Assembly (NCBI GenBank): GCA_020137815.1
Contig: CM035360.1
Span: forward strand, 3,286,001 to 3,350,000
Source of the DNA: Hormiphora californensis
Taxonomy: Eukaryota > Animalia > Ctenophora
DNA length: 64,000 nt
Reading direction: 5' to 3'
Numbering within the stretch: position 1 is the first letter of the stretch; each line of letters opens with the position of its first letter. The notes under the pieces are model-generated. The model ran no database searches, was not told the DNA's origin, and saw nothing but the letters and a program-made list of their open reading frames with translations. Of the stretch, positions 49,696 to 62,939 are shown piece after piece. The position numbers and the translations under genes are program-made.

Positions 49696-51414
49696 TTCAT
49701 TCTTTGTGGCATGTGGCCAGCTGCAGTGTACACGTGTGACGTCACACAGAGCATGTATTAAGTGTAAATGTGGTGTACAACCGATCAGTATTAATTTACA
49801 TTGTGTACTAAGTGGTTAAAAACGATAATTAATAATTATTATTGTATGCTCTGTACAAATAATTTACAGACGGCCTTAACTAACCAACACCAATGCATGG
49901 CGTATTATTTCACCTTGTTCGTTGCCAGACTGGTAGTACCTGTGATGTGACAATAACTACTACGTGTTACTAAATGTGTTACTAAATGGTAACCATTCAC
50001 TTACTCCCTCACCTTCCTCCTCCCCCATACACGTCATATTATGTAATCACGGCTGGGGGTCTAACATCTTACTGATTGGGCTGTATAAATGAGAAAGAGA
50101 GAGAGATAGAAAGAGAGAGAAAGATAGAAAGAGAGAGAGAGAGAGAGAGATGGAGGGATAGAAATGTAGTTGTTATGGCAACTTAGTGTATTGACAGACT
50201 ATATTCTATAATATGACTATTACTCGCGAGTACACGACAGATCTGCACACATAACAATGTACATTAAGAGAGTATCAACCAAGATGAATTAGCGACCAAA
50301 TATATTTGTTCCTAAAGACCAAATATTTGTTCCTAAAGACCAAACAAATTAGCAAGAAATATATATTTATCGGGAGGCCTGACAACAGCTATAACCCCGT
50401 AGATGTCATAAGAAATATATCTAGATCTGTAAGATTATAATATACGCCCTACACATGCCAATGCTACACTATTATAGCTACATAATATATGATGCAGAAT
50501 TATTATATGCGGGCTAGGCACAACATCCCCCCTCTCTATCTCTATCTATCTCCATCTCTATTTCTCTATCTATCTCCCTCTCTATCTTCCGCTGGACTCT
50601 TCCTCTCCCTATGATATGTGCGTTACATTCGCGGGCGACCCCCTAACATAGGACGGACCACTCCTAATCTAGCAAAGTCCGGTTCTAATGAATAAACTAT
50701 TTTGAGCTATGAGAAAGTGCAATATTCCAGAAATCCGCTCACTGCGTTACCTGTTATGTGTTTAAAAAGCACTGAAAACGCGATAGCTACTGTGAAAAAT
50801 AAATAACACTTGTTGTTATGTTGCACAATGTAGCCCATTGTGGGTTGTGCTTTCACAAAACACAAAACCACAGAAATAACACAGTTGCGAAGACATGAAA
50901 TAGAGCTATAGTGTGTAGTCAATTATAGTCATGCGAACAAGAGAATGTGAGTTGCAGAATTGTCATTGTTCTCAAAACAATATTATATGGCATACTTACG
51001 ACCTACGTCCAACATTAGGAAACAATGTGCAGCATGTATCATGATGCAGATGTATTGGTCTGCTGTGTGTACTGTGTGTGAACATGTACTTAGTACAGTC
51101 GGACCCCGATTTAGGGACACCCTCGGGGGAAAGGCTCTTGTCCACTAAATCGGGGTCAAATAAGGTTAATTTCCTATATCGGGGGAAAAAATCCTGTCCC
51201 TAAATCGGGGTGCCACTAAATCGGGGTTCGACTGTACATTGTATTATCGGTAAAAATAAACTACATTCAGTATAATAAAAAAGACAGTTACCTAAAGTGC
51301 GGTAATATAAGGTTGGGCGCTCGTTGGGGGTATGAGAATCACTGTGTTTCTTTTTCTGATGACGCCCACCTTAGGAAATAGAAATCCCTGGCTTAATTCT
51401 TGCTACCCCCCACC

Positions 51415-51670
51415 GGCCACCCATGCTAACCCACCCTTGCTAACCCACCCTTGCTAACCCACCCTATGGTAACCCACCCCATGCTAACCCACCCCATGCT
51501 AACCCACCCATGCTAACCCCCCCATGCTAACCCACCCCATGCTAACCCACCCATGCTAACCCACCCCATGCTAACCCACCCTATGCTAATCCACCTCATG
51601 CTAACCCACCCTTGCTAACCCACCCCATGCTAACCCACCCCATGCTAACCCACCCCATGCTAACCCCCAC
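51415..51670 (+). repeat. 14-15-bp minisatellite
   Basis: (CCATGCTAACCCACC)n. Confidence 0.9.
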
Positions 51671-51819
51671 TATTCCACTAATTCTAACTAACTAACTATT
51701 TCTCTTATTAGCGCAACATTACCCCATTAATTAATTCTAACTAACTATTTCTCTAATTAGCGCAACATTATCCCATTAATTAATTAATTAACTTCCTCCA
51801 ATTAGCGCACCATGTACAG

Positions 51820-54800
51820 ATGTTGCCTCAACAGCTTCCTCTCAACCTTTCATCCAAACCGCGCCTAATCGTCAACAGGTAATTTGGGCACACTGCCAAA
51901 CCTCGCCTAATCGTCAACAGGTAATTTGGGCACACTGCCAAACCTCGCCTAATCGTCAACTGCAACAGGTAATTTGGGCACACTGCCAAACCTCGCCTAA
52001 TTGTCAACAGGTAATTTGGGCACACTGCCAAACCTAATCGTCAACAGGTAATTTGGGCACACTGCCAAACCTCGCCTAATCGTCAACAGGTAATTTGGGC
52101 ACACTGCCAAACCTCGCCTAATCGTCAACAGGTAATTTGGGCACACAGCCAAACCTCGCCTAATCGTCAACAGGTAATTTGGGCACACTGCCAAACCTCG
52201 CCTAATCGTCAACAGGTAATTTGGGCACACTGCCATCGAGGGGGGGGGGTAGTAATATTTTCGTGATTCCTAATGCCCATACTAACATTTTGCGTCGAAA
52301 TAGCCTAAATATTTGGTTGGAATAATGAGAGCTCAGAGCTCAGGTCTCAATAAATGAATTTATTTCTCTGTTTGTCCTATTTTAACCGGGATTTGTTTTA
52401 ACACTCCCTCACAAGGAGAGAGCAAGGCAAGCCGGGATATAATTCTTGAGTTCATGTGTTGAATATGAATGTATGTGTTTGCTGGCTATAAAATGTTTGA
52501 CCCATTCCAGGTATTTGGTGTCTAAAAAGATTGGAAATGGGACTTTTGGAACCGTCTATCTGGTTGAGGACAACTTCAGAAATAGGGAAAAGTGAGTTTG
52601 GAAAAGTTTATCAAGTTTTTGGTAATGAAATTCCCCCTCTGCGCTAGCTCACGGAGGGGTAATAATATCGCTTGTACGGCGGGAAAAAAATTCCTGTGTC
52701 CAAACTACAAAACAGAAAGTTCTAATTTTTTGAACATACCGAGGAAATTGTCTGAGCTACCATTACATACCGGAATTTTTCGATATTTTGGCCATTAACA
52801 CTGTTTTTGTTTTTGGAAAACTATGAAGATGCTGGAATTTGGCTACAAAAACCTTCAGAAATGTGCAAAATGCCATTCCAAAGGTATTAGAGGTGGATTC
52901 ATTGATAACTAAGCTATAGTCGAGTCAGAAAAAATTCCACAAGATTGGAATTTTATGCCCATATAAGGAGTTATGCGACACACCTCTGTTGTTAAACATG
53001 CGGTGTAATCGCTACCGGTCGTTACTTTCTGTAGAATTCAGGTCCTGGTTACTATACAAACTAGTACCATACGTTTTAGATAGGTTTTAGACAAGTTTTC
53101 GATAACTTTTTATGAGAAGGTCCCGTAAATTTTCATTTTTAGGTAGGCGGTATTGTCACCCCTATATGCAATAATAGGGGTGACTTCGTAACCAAATCAA
53201 GTTTAGATATAGATTGGTAGTTGTACCGTGTCCCAATTGTACTTCTTTCTCCCACTAATAATAAAATATTACAATCAAACAATCACACAATACAATCACA
53301 CAGTGCAATCACACAATACAATCACACAATACAATCACACAATACAATCACACAATACAATCACACGATACAATCACACGATACAATCCCTGCAGGAAAG
53401 TTATGAAGGAGATATGTATTGGTGAGATGAATGACAGTGAGACACAGAGTGTTGACAGAGAGGCCAACTTACTCTCAAAGGTACTCTTATTGGAGAGATA
53501 TTGAAAACTCTGGGCTTATATTTTGACATCTGATACTGAGCCCTCGGTGTCGGTTTGTTGTTTGCTTCTCAGTTCTGAGTGTCTCAGTATCAGACGGTCG
53601 ACACTGACTAACAAACTGGTGCTGCGGCAGTCTCTCAAAGTTCAAGCGTGCACGCGCGAGCTATTGCTGGTTTTAATGCGCGCATTGATATTAAAGCACT
53701 TAATGTCAGCGCTTTGTGCGCCAAAGTCTCTTTCGAACATACTTACCACCTGCTCAACATTTGGTTGCATTTGGTAGTTATTGACACACCAACTAACCGC
53801 TTTGTATGTTTCAGTTAAACCACCCTAATATCGTGCGAATGTTTGAGAGCTTTGTCAACGAGGATTCCTTTTACATTGTCATGGAATTTTGTGAGGTATG
53901 TTTCTGGGACATTGCCAACTAAAATTGTTGTTGTCTTGGTGACCCCTTTCAAAGTACTTCCCCTCCTTCATACGGTAATTATCATACCATCACTTCTATT
54001 TTATTATTTCAGTTGGGTGATCTAGACAGAGAGTTAAAGGAGTGGAAGAATCGGAACACGACAGTACCTCAGGATCAAGTTTTAGACTGGTTGGTTCAGC
54101 TGATACTCGCTGTTCAATACATCCACTCTCAGAAGATGCTTCATCGCGATCTCAAGTGCAAGAATGTGTTTCTGACGGAAAATAAAACTGTTAAAATCGG
54201 TACGTGCCATTTTATGGACAGATCTGGTTCTCTTTGCATTGTTCGACCCTTTATCTCTTTGAACAAAAAAGGCTCTCTTTTTCCTTCCTAACTATAGGTT
54301 TACAGATTAAACCTTATTTTCTCACAATCGCTAACACCTCTCTGTGTGCAACAGGTGATTTTGGTATATCCCGGATTCTCACCTCTACCGAGTACGCTAG
54401 CACGTTCACAGGGACACCCTACTATATGAGTCCTGAGGTCATTAAACACGATGGTTATGGCAGTAAATCAGATATTTGGTAAGTCATTTGGTTAGTCATT
54501 TGGTTAGTCATTTGGTTAGTCACTTGGTTAGTCATTTGGTTAGTCATTTGTTTAGTCATTTGGTTAGTCATTTGTTTAGTCATTTGGTTAGTCATTTGGT
54601 TATCAGATATTTGGTAAGCAGAACATTTTGAATTTTCTTCGAAAATCCGAGCACTAGATTAGGTGTTATTAGGGTTATTTCCCTGTGATGAGATAGTAGT
54701 AACCCACCTTGTCTAAACATGTTTTGTGTCAGTGGAGTCAAGAGTCAGAGGACCCTGATCTCCACTCTGCCCCTTTTTTGGATCATCCCCGACCCCCGTA

Positions 54801-57038
54801 CTACCATTTGCCACTCCCTGTTTGGCAAGGGAGGGGTTACAGGTTACTTTGTTGCCAAACTCCCTGTACACACTACACACCATGTATCCTGTATATTACC
54901 CCCATCCTACAGGTCCCTCGGAGTGATCCTTTACGAGATGTGTGAGCTAAAAAGGGCATTTGAGGGCAAGAACTTGATGAGTGTAATGATGAAGATTATT
55001 CAGGGGAACCGTCCCGTTATAACTGGGGACAGAGGCCAGCTTGGAGAGTTGTTTAACAAGTAAGTTGTAGAGGGCAAAGACCACACTTGCTAGTGTAGTG
55101 ATAATATTATGTGGACAGACCTCTCTCCTTTACCAGTTTATATTCTAAGAACACCCAAAAGTACTTCCAAACCTACTCAGCATACCAAATAAGTTTCCCA
55201 GAGATAACATCTCCCCCCTAATCCAGGATGCTGTGTCAAGATCCCCACCAGCGACCATCTTCCTCCCAACTCCTCCTGGAGCCCATCATCTCCTCCCACC
55301 TCTCTGTCCTGAGGAAGCGACTCTACCAACAGAAGAGGGAACGGAGAGCTAGTAGTGCCAGCTCACATGCGAGTAGTGAGAATAGTAACCTTGGTAACCA
55401 TGGTAACGTAGCAGCAGGATTTGGAGGTTGTAGGAAGATGACTGCTCGAGAAAGAATGCGGTGAGTTATAAGTATTTAATAATATGGCCCCGGGTCGCTT
55501 GCCAGCGCTGTGTGTGTTTATACCTATTACTCATTACATTATCCCCACCAAAGATTGGAGAAACAGCGGCGAGCAGACGAGGACGCGGAGCAGCTACGGC
55601 ACCTAGCAACCGAGAACTACGCAGCTAACCGGGCGAGGACAGCAGCTAGAAAGGAGAGGGAGGCAAATCGGCCGAATATCCTCAGACAGGGTACACCTTC
55701 CCTCGAGATAAAGGGAATAAAACCAGGTTAGAGTTGCTAATCAGTGAACATGACAACTATATTTTTTTGTAGGAAAAGTGGTTTTGTTAAACGGTTTGCT
55801 AAATAGTCCAAACTAACTAGAAATAATCTCTCCTTCCAGAGTCTGTGCGGAACCACGATAGCCCCCGGCAGTCCCCCAAAAGTAGGGGCAGCGGTAGTGG
55901 CGGCATAACTGCGATCCACCCGGAACCCTCCCGGAAACGGGTATCTAGTCCTAAAATCCACCAGAACCGAACCGAGGTTGATAGACAATTGGAGGCCATT
56001 GAACGGTCCTTAGAACTCGCTCAGGCAGAGTCGCTCTCTAAGGCGATTAGAGAGAACCAAGGATCAGTTCCAACAAATGGTAACACACCACCACTTCCTC
56101 CTGATGGGGATTCAGATGAAGATGAGATTAGATCCTCCTTATCATCCTCTCCATCCTCCTCAACGCAATCCATTACAACACCCCTATTGGACCCTCTGGA
56201 TGATCAGGACCCACTTGACCCGCTAATATCCACTCTCTCGTCCTCAATCTCAACACTAAACAGGGGAGCCTTCCTAGCAACTGGAGCCCCCCAACCAGAA
56301 TTATCTGAAGACGAGGAGGGGGAGGAGGAGGGGAGCGTGTTGTTTGAAACTGCTAATGATGAGTGTGTGTTGGATATTAGTGGGTTGGAGATGACTAATG
56401 TTAGTTTGATACCTGAGAGCGAGGAAGATGCCAATACTTTCTACTCATTTGAGGAATTCGACGAGGAGGGAGGAGAGAAGATCAGAGCTGCTGTGATAAA
56501 GGAAGAGGAGAGGAAGAAAGAGAGGGATGTAGAGAGGATCTTTAAAAGGAGCCCAAAAGCAGTACGGAAGAAGGATAAACTTAATCGGAGTCTACCTACC
56601 ACTGCCACGGCACACGATTTAGCGATAACAGACCTCTCATTTGAGTCAGATCATCACCAACAAAACCGTTCACTTGGGAATCTCAGCAGTAATAATCTTC
56701 TCAATGTTTCCTCATCCGATCATCTCAATACATCTACTGCATCCTCAGTCAAATCAGATTACACCAAATCATCATCCACGGTTATACTCCGTAGTGACCG
56801 GATACGAACACTCAGACAGAAGTGCCAACACAAGTTGGGCATGGACATGTTTCATAAGATCCACAATTATCTGGGTGAGGCGAGATTTGGGGAGGAGGTA
56901 GTACCAGAGGAGGTTATAGTTGGTAATCTGAGACAGTGGGTACCTGATCTCGTGTCAGATTGCTTCCTGGTAGATCAGCTGATATATCTGGAGAAACAGG
57001 AGTTGCTAGCACGAAGTGCAGCAGTGATGTGTGATTGA
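51820..57038 (+). CDS. NEK11: NIMA-related kinase NEK11 (exons 51820-51878, 52511-52591, 53396-53480, 53815-53895, 54013-54199, 54355-54478, 54913-55059, 55227-55460, 55554-55690 or 55727, 55840-57038)
   Basis: GNGTFGTV, KVMKEI.IGE, HRDLKCKNVFL, DFG, FTGTPYYMSPE, MTARERMRL and the C-terminal SDCFLVDQLIYLE match NEK11. All introns are GT-AG with consistent phases. Confidence 0.92.
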
Positions 57039-57338
57039 GAGCATTTTGAAGTGTAGTTACCATAGCAACGGCCAACGGTGAAAACATTTTGAAGTGTAGT
57101 TACCATAGCAACGGTGAGAGCATTTTGAAGTGAAGTTACCATAGCAACGGTGAGAGCATTTTGAAGTGTAGTTACCATAGCAACGGCCAACGGTGAAAAC
57201 ATTTTGAAGTGTAGCCACCATAGCAACGGTGAAAACATTTTGAAGTGTAGTTACCATAGCAACGGTGAGAGCATTTTGAAGTGAAGTTACCATAGCAACG
57301 GTGAGAGCATTTTGAAGTGTAGTTACCATAGCAACGGT
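57036..57338 (+). repeat. 36-bp minisatellite starting at the NEK11 stop codon, 8 units
   Basis: TGAGAGCATTTTGAAGTGTAGTTACCATAGCAACGG. Confidence 0.95.
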
Positions 57339-57514
57339 GGGAAAAGGTGGTTCAGCCTTCTCACTTTTACTGTTTACAGTAATCTCTTGAATTGTGATAT
57401 ATCAGCTGCCGGAGAGAGATTGTTTTTAAGAGAATTCAGTACTCTGAGAACTATGTTTCACTAGTATAGGCACTAGGGTGTGGTTATATCTGGAAAGGGC
57501 CGATCCAGTTTGTA

Positions 57515-59090
57515 CAAGGTGGGCCACGGATTGTTGGTAAGGGTTAGCGAGGTGTGCCGTCAAAACGGTGATAGTTGTGAAAATAAAAATTACGGGAGCA
57601 CTCTGGATCAATTTCTTGGTAACTTTTTCCATAATTTTTTGTCTAAAATTCGAAAATTCATTTTTCATTCCTTCATTCATTTGTCGTTCATTTATGATGT
57701 GAGCATCCTAATTTTCCATCATTATGTTATTTTTCTTTGGCTTGAATTTATCTTTCCAATGAACACCATAAAAATGAAATTAAAGCTCCAGGTCACGTTG
57801 CAGTTGAGAAAATGCTCATGCATGATTTTGGCTCTTCCTGCGACTTTCAATGAGCTGTATCACCGTGATAATCACGGCTCCCTTTTGTTCAATCTTTTTA
57901 AAAATTTGGGTGAACATTGGATAAAAAAGATCTTTGCTCACAAGAAAAATCAAGGTTGAAACTCAAAGTTCATTTTTCATTTTTGGTAGTTCATTCCACT
58001 CATTCAGGAACCAAAATCTCTAAAGTGATGAAAATTTTTGGGTTTTGTTTGGCCCATGCTCTGCTATGTCTGAGAGGTGTAGTAGCGTGTTTCCTGGCTA
58101 GTTTGTGGGTGTCCATGTGATCATGATGATACCTGACACCTTCTTTGGGCCATAATTAAGAGATTTTCTCAAATTCAAGCATGTGATTTGGGTTTTCTGT
58201 GATTGATATCGTGTAACAATGTTATGAGATCCCATAGCACCTCAAAAATGATGATTAGTTCAATGAAATGGGTTAATTTATGATTGAAATTGTTCGTTTT
58301 TGTTGAATTTGTCATCGGTTTAAATCTTTTCAATCATAAATCAACCCATTTTGTTGAATCAATAATTATTTTAGGGGTGCTATTGGATCTCATAACATTG
58401 TTACACGATATCAATCACAGAAAACCCAAATCACATGCTTGAATTTGAGAAAATCTCTTAATTATGGCCCAAAGAAGGTGTCAGGTATCATCATGATCAC
58501 GCTACACCCACAAACTAGCCCGGAAACACGCTACTACACCTCTCAGACATGGCAGAGCATGGGCCAAACAAAAGCCAAAAATTTTCATCACTTCAGAGAT
58601 TTTGGTTCCTGAATGAGTGGAATGAACTACCAAAAATGAAAAATGAACTTTGAGTTTTAACCTTGATTTTTCTTGTGAGCAAAGATCTTTGTTTATCCAA
58701 TGTTCACCCAAATTTTTAAAAAGATTGATCAAAAGGGAGCCGTGATACAGCTCATTGAAAGTCGCAGGAAGAGCCAAAATCATGCATGAGCATTTTCTCA
58801 ACTGCAACGTGACCTGGTGCTTCAATTTCATTTTTATGGTGTTCATTGGAAAGATAAATTCAAGCCAAAGAAAAATAGCATAATGATGGAAAATTAGGAT
58901 GCTCACATCATAAATGAACGACAAATGAATGAAGGAATGAAAAATGAATTTTCGAATTTTTGACAAAAAATTATGGAAAAAGTTACCAAGAAATTGATCC
59001 AGAGTGCTCCCGTAATTTTTATTTTCACAACTATCACCGTTTTGACGGCACACCTCGCTAACCCTTACCAACAATCCGTGGCCCACCTTG
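57515..59090. mobile_element. 1.6-kb foldback with TA TSD (Tc1/mariner-like)
   Basis: TA-CAAGGTGGGCCACGG..CCGTGGCCCACCTTG-TA; arms of about 780 bp. Confidence 0.9.
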
Positions 59091-59170
59091 TACATACACG
59101 AGATATTATCGGTAGAATTTGTTGATCAGTAAGGGGTGACTCAACAAGGGGGAATTGTGTTTCTTCGGAC

Positions 59171-59279
59171 CAGGAACCGACCGAAACAAGTAAACAACCA
59201 ATCAGAACTCGTTATTTACGTCTCGTTACTGGTTATCAGCCAATCAGGGACCAGTATTTCCTGATTCGGTCGGTTCCTG
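59171..59279. mobile_element. 109-bp hAT-like MITE (further copies 62490-62598 and partial 59947-60036)
   Basis: CAGGAACCGACCGAA TIRs; 8-bp TSDs CTTCGGAC/CTTCGGGC and GTGGAAAC. Confidence 0.88.
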
Positions 59280-59704
59280 CTTCGGGCTCAAGAAGTTATA
59301 TAATTGTAGTTGGTAGCCCAGTTGATATAGAACTAATGACAGAGTTAATTTATGTTTTTGTGTTGTCCAGAGATTTATATTTTCCTTATAACGATAAGCA
59401 GTCAATTAGTTACTAATTAGCAGTTAATTGGCAGTTGATTAGTTACTAATTATCCGTCACCTAGCAGTTAATTAGTTACTAATTAGTTACTAATTAGCAG
59501 TTATCTAATACGTTGTACAGATCTGTATATATATATATTGATTATCGTGGTGTGTAAACATGTGTGTTCATTTTATCCCGCTTCGTTTGACTACATCAGT
59601 ATAAAACACGAGTTTTTAATTAAACATAGCCCCATCCTCCCCCTTTTCGAAATCTGCCACCTCCCTGTCCTCCATCCAAATCTAACACTTTCACCACTGC
59701 TAGT

Positions 59705-62471
59705 ATGAGTACAACTACAATAACAGTCAGTGAAACAAGCTACCTCAAAGAGGGACTGGAGGCTCTGGGATGCCCCTACATCTCTGCTCTTGATGGGGAA
59801 TCTGTTAAAGACCTTCTATTCAGGTACTTTACCCAATCTAACCCTCTTATTGTGTGTGCTGCCACTCTTTCAAATCACCAGGGATAGTCTGTCTACAATA
59901 ACAGTCAGTGAAACAAGCTATCTAAAGGAGGGACTGGAGGCTACTCCAGGAACCGACCGAATCAGGAAATACTGGTCCCTGATTGGCTGATAACCAGTCA
60001 CGTGACCTAAATAACGTGTTCTGATTGGTTGTTTACTCCCATTCCCCCACTTTACAGGCCAGGTGAGGCGAGGACAAGAAATTTAACATGGTTGGTCAGC
60101 CAGATATCACCTCACATTGACAGGGAACTCAACACCACTGCTGTTAATGCTGCTACTGTGAAGGATAGTAAAATGCAGCGGTGAGTGTGATATATTGGCC
60201 CCTGACCCTATTCGGCATTCGCATTTCTTCAAATAAGAGCTGTCAGGCCAATGCTCTGACCACAGTTCTCGTGTGCTCCGCGTGCAGAACTCATTTGAGA
60301 GAAATGAGAATAGGGTCAGGCCAATGCTCTGACAGAATAAGAGCATGCGCTGTCAGAGCATTGGCCTGACCCTATTCTCATTTCTCGGAGCGCACGAGAA
60401 CTGTGGTCAGTATTGTATTGGCCTGACAGAGCAATGAGCATGCGAGAACCATGCGGTCAGAGCAGCGGTGAGTATTGGCCCCTGAGTCCTGGCACTGCTC
60501 TCCTTGTGTCTGTCAGGTCAATGCTCTGACAGAGGTACTGTAAGGATAGATTATACGTCATCCTATTTGTATTATGATTTCAGTCTATTGATTAATTTCG
60601 ATCTAATTTCAGTTTACTAAAGGTATGTTCCACAGTGGGGTTGTGCGGGAAGAATGACTACGAATTGGTTCAGGGAACATCATCCGTTAAATCTCAAAGC
60701 AAACTTTACCATCTTCTGATTGATATGCTGGTATGTGTTGGAACAAATGAGAAACATTTAATATTTAATTGCACTTTACTTGCACCTTACTTGCATTTTA
60801 TAGTATAGGATATGATGAAGGGGTGATCCATGCCGTTTATAAACATAAAATTGCGAGGGAGAGGGATCCCGGACTAGACATTCTGTACCATTACCCCATC
60901 TTGATTGATGTTTTACCAACTCTCCCCCTCTAGACAGTCCGAAATGAGAAAGCCCGAGATGTGGAGTTAACAGCGGACCAAAACACTACAAACCTCTGCA
61001 ATAATACCTCTCGGCACTGCTACAACCTGGTGGACTCTCTGACGTCATCAGTAGCCTACCAGGACTTATTTTCAACCAAGATAAACCTCTTTCCACCGAG
61101 TCTTGTGTGCTTTAACCAGGATACAGTGGGAGGGAAGAAAAGTTTGCCTGCACTGGGTAAACTAAAGGTGCGTTAGTTTTGACATTGCATTAATTAATCA
61201 ATTAATTCGGTTCGTTAATTTACTCATTTCAGTCCAGGGAAACTCATAAATGTCCCCTTTATGCCCCCCAATACCTAGATCCCAGAGACATAAAGATCTC
61301 TAAAAACGCTCACCATACTCTGGCAAGCTCCATTTTGACAGCTCCCAAACCTCTACAGGAGCGATCAGAGAAACTGTTAGCAGATCTAGACGAACTGAAC
61401 GAGAAACTATCAGTCCTGGTATCGAGCCAAGCCCATTATGAAGAACTGGAACCGGAGAGAGTTGATGCTCACAGGCGGACCCTCCGGAATACAATGGGTA
61501 CCCTGACTCAGATAATTGGGACATTTGGAACGTGTTACACGGAGGATTTCAAACAGTGGAATGATCGACCCCAAATACGGCTAAATGATATTGGTGAGTG
61601 AACCAAACGGCAAACCCTGTACCGGTTTTATGTAAAGCAGCTTAGCTGCCACATACAAGTGGTGATTTCTGGTAGCACTCTAGGTTTCTAGCACTCCCCC
61701 CACTAATAGACTGTCCCTAACACCCCCTCCCCTCTACTACAGGACCGCTCTCCCCCTAACCCCCTCCCCCTACTACCGCTCTCCCCATATCCCCGTCCTC
61801 CTACTACAGGACCGCTCTCCCCCTAACCCCCTCTCCCTCTATTAGACTCTCCCCCTAACCCCCTCTCCCTCTATTAGACTCTCCCCCTAACCCCCTCTCC
61901 CTCTATTAGACTCTCCCCTTAACCCCCTCTCCCTCTATTAGACTCTCCCCCTAACCCCCTCTCCCTCTATTAGACTCTCCCCCTAACCCCCTCTCCCTCT
62001 ATTAGACTCTCCCCCTAACCCCTCTTCCTATATTAGACTCCCCTAACCCCCTCCCCCTACTACAGGACCGCTCTCCCCCTAACCCCCTCTCCCTCTATTA
62101 GACTCTCCCCCTACCCCCTCTCCTCTACCACAGGACCGCTCTCCCCTAACCCCACCTCTACTGCTAGACTCCCCTAACCCCCTCCCCTCTACCACAGGAC
62201 CGCTCTCCCCCTAACCCCCTCTCCCTCTATAAGACTCTCCCCCTAATACTCCCTCCCCTCTACCACAGGACCACTCTCCAAACAGCTCGATCACCAGCTC
62301 ACCAAGGTACTGGATCTGCTAGACAAGGTACAGGGGTTCAACACTAACGTGGAATTCATCCAGAGTTTGGAGGTGAACAAGGACCTGGCACCCGTGTTGA
62401 CACAGAGTGAGGTGTGGGGGCTGAGTGAGAGGGTAAAGACATTGCGGGAGCAACTTGAAGTTACGTGTTGA
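59705..62471 (+). CDS. HAUS7: HAUS augmin-like complex subunit 7 (exons 59705-59823, 60058-60180, 60613-60730, 60934-61167, 61359-61593, 62269-62471)
   Basis: LEALGCPYI..LLFRPGEAR...LTWL..GLC...D.ELVQG....Q....L.D..F...Y..D....RP...L...GP follows the HAUS7 pattern; splice phases are consistent. Confidence 0.78.
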
Positions 62472-62939
62472 GGGAATTGAGGTGGAAACCAGGAACCGAC
62501 CGAATCAGGAAATACTGGTCACTGATTGGCTGATAACCAATCACGTGACCTAAATAACGAGTTCTGATTGGTTGTTTACTTGTTTCGGTCGGTTCCTGGT
62601 GGAAACTGTTTCTCGGAGCATTTCCTGAAGACTTGTCAAATGAGACTTTGGCTGGGTAATTGTGAGCTGTTGGGCATCTTTTGAAGGGTGAAGTTCTAAT
62701 ATAATTAGCTTGTAAGGAGATAATTGTAATACGGTGCTAGTTAGGGAATCTGATCCAGTAAATTACTCAATTTTCATTGACAGCAATACAGCAGCGGAAC
62801 AATTAATTGCAATAATCAGCTCGAATTAGTAATTAGGAACATGGATCCCAAAGCTAAAACATTACTACCTAAAGTTCTTATCCAGTAGTATATCCGGGTG
62901 CTTTTTGTAAGTTGGCCCATTATAATTCAAATCCCTCTT

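Noticed and set aside
61233-61358. Upstream acceptor TTTCAG at 61232 for HAUS7 exon 5
   Set aside because: Gives an in-frame TAG; the acceptor at 61358 keeps the frame.
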